DNA of 56,452 nt, the filler included, from Sluysia triapertura (Eukaryota): the NCBI GenBank assembly GCA_046118255.1. It is 4 parts of 4 records of this genome, joined end to end, with 100 filler letters (N's around TTAATTAATTAA, not from the genome) between each part and the next. Parts side by side here need not be neighbours in the genome. Positions count along the whole stretch, not along the records: positions 44,397 to 56,452 come from JBJNIA010143611.1; 3 more parts are not named here. One strand, 5' to 3'. A program made the translations under genes and the position numbers. The notes below the pieces were generated by a model that saw nothing but the letters and a program-made list of their open reading frames with translations, was not told the DNA's origin and ran no database searches. Of this stretch, positions 51,101 to 56,452 are shown piece after piece; within the stretch, counting starts at the first letter, position 1, and every line of letters starts with the position of its first letter.

Positions 51101-54100
51101 CGCATTTTCAACAAGATGGAGCACCTGCGCACTACACTTCTTGGACATTGGATTGGACACCGAGGACCAATCTAATGGCCTGCAAGATCAAATAAAACCA
51201 AGTATTGAGCACCAATGAAACCAAATTTCAGAGGAAACTTGCACGAAAGTATGTCGCAGAGTTGTCAAAAGATGTCGTGCTTTTGACATCGTGCTTTCGT
51301 GAACATTTGTAAATACTAAATATACCAATTAAATTTGTCGCTTTTGAAATCTAATTTTTATTTAAGTTTGCGGTTCGGTTACTTTTGGCACATTCTGTAT
51401 CTGCTTTCTGTGCCCAATCACATCCATTATTATTTGAATGATAAATGAATTTAGATGACAATTACTGCCACGGATGATCATGCTACTGTATTTTAAATTT
51501 CCTCGGTAACACGGTGTCCTTTTTTAAAATGCCATATCTTTCTTTCAGACCAATAATTGATAATATCAATTCTACAATCTATTCGTACATCAAGATACGC
51601 AAATAATAAATAAAAACATTCTGTAAATACCACACAACTACAAATTTACAAAGATACAATATTTTGTTTTACTTTTATGTTAATTTTGAAATAAAAACAA
51701 TAAAATGCAAATAAATTTCTGTAAATTGTATTAAACATTAAAAAAGATTCGGAACACTATCAATATTACACAAATAATTTTTCGATAGAATAACTAATTC
51801 CAATTCATAAATTAAACTAAAGGCTACATAAAAATGCAATAAACATGTATGTGTGGTACATTCATTAGAAGTGAGATTACTGGTGAGAAACTTATTGATT
51901 TATTATTAACGTTTATTAAATTCTTTCACTCGGTTATCGTCAATAAGCGATATGATGAATTGCTCCGGGAACGGGTATCGCTTATCTATGCTATGAATAT
52001 CTGATTTCATTTAGACGCATAGGGTCTAATTATAAAGAATTATTTCCATTTTACATCTAAAATAAGTATTGAGAAAATTTCAAATTTGAATAAGTTCAAC
52101 TTATGGAATGTAGAGTGAAAAAACTGAGTTATAGAAATATACATCTGTTTAAGTCAAATTTCTATTCCGTACCAAAAATAATCAAGTTAGAGAAAATGTT
52201 ACATTTTAGGAGTTCGGTTTATGGAAGTTTTACTGTGTAATGCTGTATAAATGAAACATTTTGCGAAAAATTCCAACTGAAAATTTAAATTTGGTAAGCG
52301 AAATTTTCATTTTACACTAAAAATAGATATAGAAGATAAACGTACAGAAGAATAATAATGTATTTCGTTCTAAATGCAAGAAAAATGTACTTTTATGTAC
52401 TCTTAAATACATAAAAACCATGTCTCAAATTTAAAATAAGGTCTTCACATGATACAAAAATGATATTCTCTACATTTGAAATCAATAAGGATGTTATATT
52501 TTGTTTCGTGGAAAGGGAAAAATGGTTCAAAACAGTTCAAAAATCTTCTAATAATGTTCCAACATATACTGCAATGTGATTGGTTCCAGAAAATTTAAAA
52601 TTCTTCTGAATTAATACTTATTTTATAAGTACGGAATAAGTAAAAAAAAACAGCATTTTGAAGAATCAACTGCATACATGATTTTCGTGTTGCTGTTCTT
52701 TTTCTAAACTAATCTCACTACTTAATTAATGTATCAATAATGTTTGTTTAAAATTAATTCATTTGTTCCACAAAAAAACAGTGATCGTTACCTAGAAACA
52801 ATAAAAATATCTTTGACGAAATTAAATGAAAATTGGAACGGTGTAAATATTCATTATGAGAAAATTTATTTGTGCATCCATTGAAAAATAATTAATGCTA
52901 TAAATTAAAACAAATGCTTATTATATTCAATTCCATAAGAAAAGGTAGTTTAATTGACATTATTAATTAGTCAAGTGATCCATTAACAATTTATTGTGAC
53001 TACGTCTGCTACTAACAGAACTACATACAACTTTTGATGTAATTTGACCTAAGAATTAGAACATATTAGGTTAGAAGATTTAAAAGTAACTATTTCTTTG
53101 CTCCGATGATTGTGAAAATTGTCTCAAAAATCACATTTACTTAGAACTACTTACAAAATTTGTGAATAGTTTAAAATAACAAATATTTTCGGTAATATTT
53201 TACTACCTCCGTTCAAAAATGATTGTATCGTTAGTTTTATATACTGTATATATTAACATCAATTTCGCTTTAGGCAACTTTTTTATTTATGAAAATGTTT
53301 TATTATAAATTATACTGAATATTTCGTAAAATATTGCGAGCAATGTTCCCTCCAATTATTAAACATAGCAATTTTTAAAATTTATAATATTTGTACATTG
53401 TAATTTGTTATTGCTAATCCTAATTATAAAAAACAAATCGTATTACATTAATTATATTAATTTGCAAAAATATTAAATTGCAAAATACTTTAAATTAATT
53501 TTTATTTTGAAAATAATGTCTGCTTTAATATACTGCGCCGACGTATACAATCAACTGGGCTGCCGCACAGTCGTGCAACTTAGAGGGAACATTGATTGCG
53601 AGCAGTTTCAATTATTTCCATTTTGCATGTTAATTGTCCCTTTTGGCAATTTCCTATTGTTTGATTGCACCAGAAGTGTTTACAGGATGGCATTTCACTC
53701 CTCGTCACTTAAATTTCTGTACTTTACTCCACAACATTTGATTTCAATGATTTAAAGTTAAATTTGGACTGAAAAGAAAATAGCGGTGGGTGATTTTGGT
53801 ACGCAGCAAAAAATTACCAATTTCAGAAATTGCTAGTTATTTATAAAATTATTATAAACTGAACAATTACTTCCCAAAATGATTCTATTGTTCATAAACA
53901 AATGACTTATATTGTCGTCTTTTATTGTTAAGTTAGAAACAAATGTCAAATTGGAAAATCATTTTTGAACAGAGGTAGTATTATATAAGATAAACACACA
54001 AACCTTTGAATATCTCGGATCACTTTCACAAATATTGGCGCGCACACTCATGCACATGCATGCACACACACATTTCCATAAAACCATGCTTCATAATCTT

Positions 54101-55581
54101 GTTAAGTGTTGTAATACATTTTGTAATGCAATTGTAATACATATTTTGAAGATTTTATAGTTGAATCCTCTTCCAAAAAAGTGTTCTAAGTTCTTATTTT
54201 AGTAAAACTTAGAAAGCACATTTTTTGTTTAGTTTCAATAAATCGATAAAAAATTCCTCACAATCAACAAAAAACCAAACAAAAATTAAAAATAGCACTA
54301 ACGTTTTGATGAGATATCGAATTCAAAATAAAATACACAGCCTAAAATATTAATGAATAATTTAAAATAAAAGCTTATTCATACATAAATGAACAATTAT
54401 TCCATATGTTCTAAAATAATAATAAAAGATTAGAAAAGTAGAATAAAACGATGTTGAAAAAAAAATAATTGAATAACAGAAATAAATAATTATTTTTACA
54501 CAAAAACCTGCAAACATATTAGTGTCAAACCGATCATCAGCAAAAATAATTTTATAGTTAACAGAGATTTTGTAGAACTCAAGTTTAATGTGTTCCATAA
54601 ATCGTGATTATCCTTAGAAGATTGTCAATTCTTTTGAAAAAAGACAACATTTTAGAAATGTAAAAGAAAATTTCGGTTAACATTAGTGCTACATAAATTA
54701 ATATTATTTCTATAAAAAAAGCATCAGAAACTGTGTTTGAAAAGTGTGCCAATAAAATACATTTTTTAAATCGAAAAGAATTCGTGTAATGCGAACTTCT
54801 TCAAGTTAGGAAGTTTCGTTTAGAGTATTATTTAGAAATTTGTAGTTTGTAGAAATTTGTATATACGCTTAAGAAATATGGTAGATAACAGTAAACATAA
54901 CTAAGTAAGCAGTATGTGATTCAAGGTGTGCCACAAAGACTCGCACTAAAAAATCCAGATGTGGCATTTTTCGGTCTTTTTGAGGGACATTTAAGAGAAA
55001 AAGTATATCTAAATAAATTATCAAAAAATTAATAATTATTATGTCTTTAAATTAATTCATAGAAATAGATAAAATATTTGCATTAAGAAATGTTTCAAAT
55101 GATGCGTAAAATAATTTAAATTTTTGAAGAAAACGAATCTTATTTTCTGGAGGACGAATAGAAAATAAGAATACATTTAATTTGTTAAATGATCGCTCAG
55201 AAACAAAATGTCTAGCAAATATAAAAATAGGCATAATAATTATAATCAAAATAATCGTGATAATAAAAATTCTAACAGATCCAAAAAAGCAAGTTATCAA
55301 AATTCGGTGTTGATCATAATTGGAAATAGTGTGAATATTTAATATATTGACAATTTGTGGCAAATACTCCATTTTATGTTGACAAATACTTCTAAAAATA
55401 ATAACAATGAAAATTATTTCCACAATAAATAATTAAGTATTACTTTGTAAATAAATCGATAAAATTCAAATATTCTTCTTCAAGTTCCATTTTCTCCCAT
55501 CCATTTTGTACATTAATATCTTCTAATATAAAATGCGATTCAGATGTAAGAATTAGGTTTTTCAAAGCATCTCTAGCTATT
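45105..55581 (-). CDS. MROH1: Maestro HEAT-like repeat-containing protein 1-like, C-terminal region (partial, 5 exons)
   Basis: Phase-compatible exons 55581-55444, 55391-55277, 47054-46755, 46091-45783 and 45342-45105. Motifs GWEKME, VRRLALIGIG, GMDD, VRAASFRLFGAL, LVPLLVHLEDP...VVRACK, LHYGEF and YFKSEYPELTASAVLLTG match the MROH1/HEATR7A C-terminal HEAT repeats in order. Confidence 0.85.
49285..49417. repeat. 25-bp minisatellite, 5.3 copies
   Basis: GTGTATCTSAAATATACTCAGGAAA head-to-tail. Copies 1-2 have G and copies 3-5 have C at position 9. Confidence 0.95.
50990..51397 (+). mobile_element. Tc1/mariner (DD41D/rosa-like) transposase remnant with right terminus
   Basis: FERTVNGKPYLDIL...FQQDGAPAHY, GHWIGHRGPI*WPARS and C-terminal EHL*. 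The element ends GGTTACTTTTGGCACATTCTG|TA. Confidence 0.8.
53203..53978 (-). mobile_element. Internally deleted DD39D (plant-mariner/Stowaway-type) element
   Basis: 22-bp TIRs CTACCTCCGTTCAAAAATGATT / AATCATTTTTGAACAGAGGTAG with one mismatch, and TA on both sides. The minus-strand YRNLSDEE*NAIL*TLLVQSNNRKLPKGTI resembles the Soymar/Osmar N-terminus. Confidence 0.85.
53341..53594. mobile_element. 254-bp hAT MITE nested in the DD39D element
   Basis: TIRs CAATGTTCCCTCCAA / TTAGAGGGAACATTG with a perfect 8-bp TSD ATTGCGAG at 53333-53340 and 53595-53602. Confidence 0.93.
54650..55020 (+). mobile_element. Highly decayed Tc1/mariner remnant
   Basis: F*GHLREKVYLNK resembles the FLWGHLKEKVY motif of Tc1/mariner C-termini; little else is recognisable. 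Confidence 0.4.
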
Positions 55582-55607
55582 CTGAAATTATTATCATTAT
55601 CATTAGA

Positions 55608-55609
<2 letters not shown>

Positions 55610-55651
<42 letters not shown>
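55610..55651. repeat. (ATT)n microsatellite; reads (AAT)n in the gene sense, just upstream of an MROH1 acceptor
   Basis: Seen directly; a degenerate extension reaches to within about 6 nt of the AG at 55583-55582. Confidence 0.9.
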
Positions 55652-55652
<1 letters not shown>

Positions 55653-56452
55653 AACATATTAATCACGATAAATTCAAGAACCAATTTCAAATAAACGTAT
55701 ATATTTAAATCAATAATCTATATTAATTATTACAATTGTAATATTTATTGATTATACTTATCTATTCATTGTAAAAAAATTAATCGCACCTACAGACAAC
55801 TTAATTGACCAATAGATTACTTACTAAACACACCTGCGATATGACATTTAAATAAACAAACACACACATAACTTGTTTTCATGTTTATTATATAAACAAA
55901 ATTATTTTAACTATAAATAATTTATAAGAAATGAGTTAAATAAGTAAAATAAGTAGAACAATGACAATTCTGAATTTTAGAAGATAAATAACATATGACA
56001 GAAATTAAGAATGAAATATTACTTTGCATACACGGAAATAGATAAAATAGATAAATAAAGACTCAAATTTCAACATCCAATCGTTGCATTTGTAAAATAT
56101 TTTCTACAAATAAAATAATGATGGAATATGCGTGTAATACGTTAAATGATTGAGCATTAATAAAATAGAATAGTGAGCCAATGTTAATTAATAAGTGTTT
56201 GAATAAATTGTTAAAAAATATAATATGTATAAATTAAATTAATATATATTGATTTAGTAGCATAAATAAATTCCACGTACAATTTTATTTATTAGGCACG
56301 AAACAAAAAGTACGAAATATAGGTTGTTATATGGATTCCAAAATAAATATGGAAGAAAATATTAATTGTATTGTTAAAAATGTAAATATCAATTAAATAA
56401 AATATCACATATTCGAAAATTTATTAATAAAGAAACAGCTAAACTTATTGTT

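Noticed and set aside
55140-55211. Candidate MROH1 exon after 55277
   Set aside because: Phase-0 reading gives TGA at the fifth codon, whereas exon 47054 continues the homology.

Overview
This is very AT-rich animal (metazoan) genomic DNA, not prokaryotic. It is a concatenation of four unrelated contigs (1-14275, 14376-29920, 30021-44296, 44397-56452) joined by artificial 100-nt linkers (44 N + TTAATTAATTAA + 44 N), so adjacency across linkers means nothing. Genes combine tiny 32-52 nt GT-AG introns with multi-kb, transposon-filled introns; this resembles the orthonectid Intoshia, but that is inference only. Contig 1 holds decaying gene fragments (R7-RGS, an RBD/ubiquitin-like domain, a Cys-rich ORF) and transposon debris. 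Contig 2 carries a dead hAT-related transposon and 10 exons of a neurexin-like LamG/EGF gene with nine tandem EGF repeats. Contig 3 carries the 5' part of PICK1, in which the 90-nt exon for the PDZ-BAR linker amphipathic helix occurs as two diverged, intact tandem copies. This candidate mutually exclusive exon pair is the strongest finding. Contig 4 carries five exons of an MROH1-like HEAT-repeat gene. Its 8.2-kb intron contains a Stowaway-like (DD39D) mariner derivative with a nested hAT MITE that has a perfect 8-bp target-site duplication. All translations and alignments were done by eye against remembered family motifs; no database searches were run.
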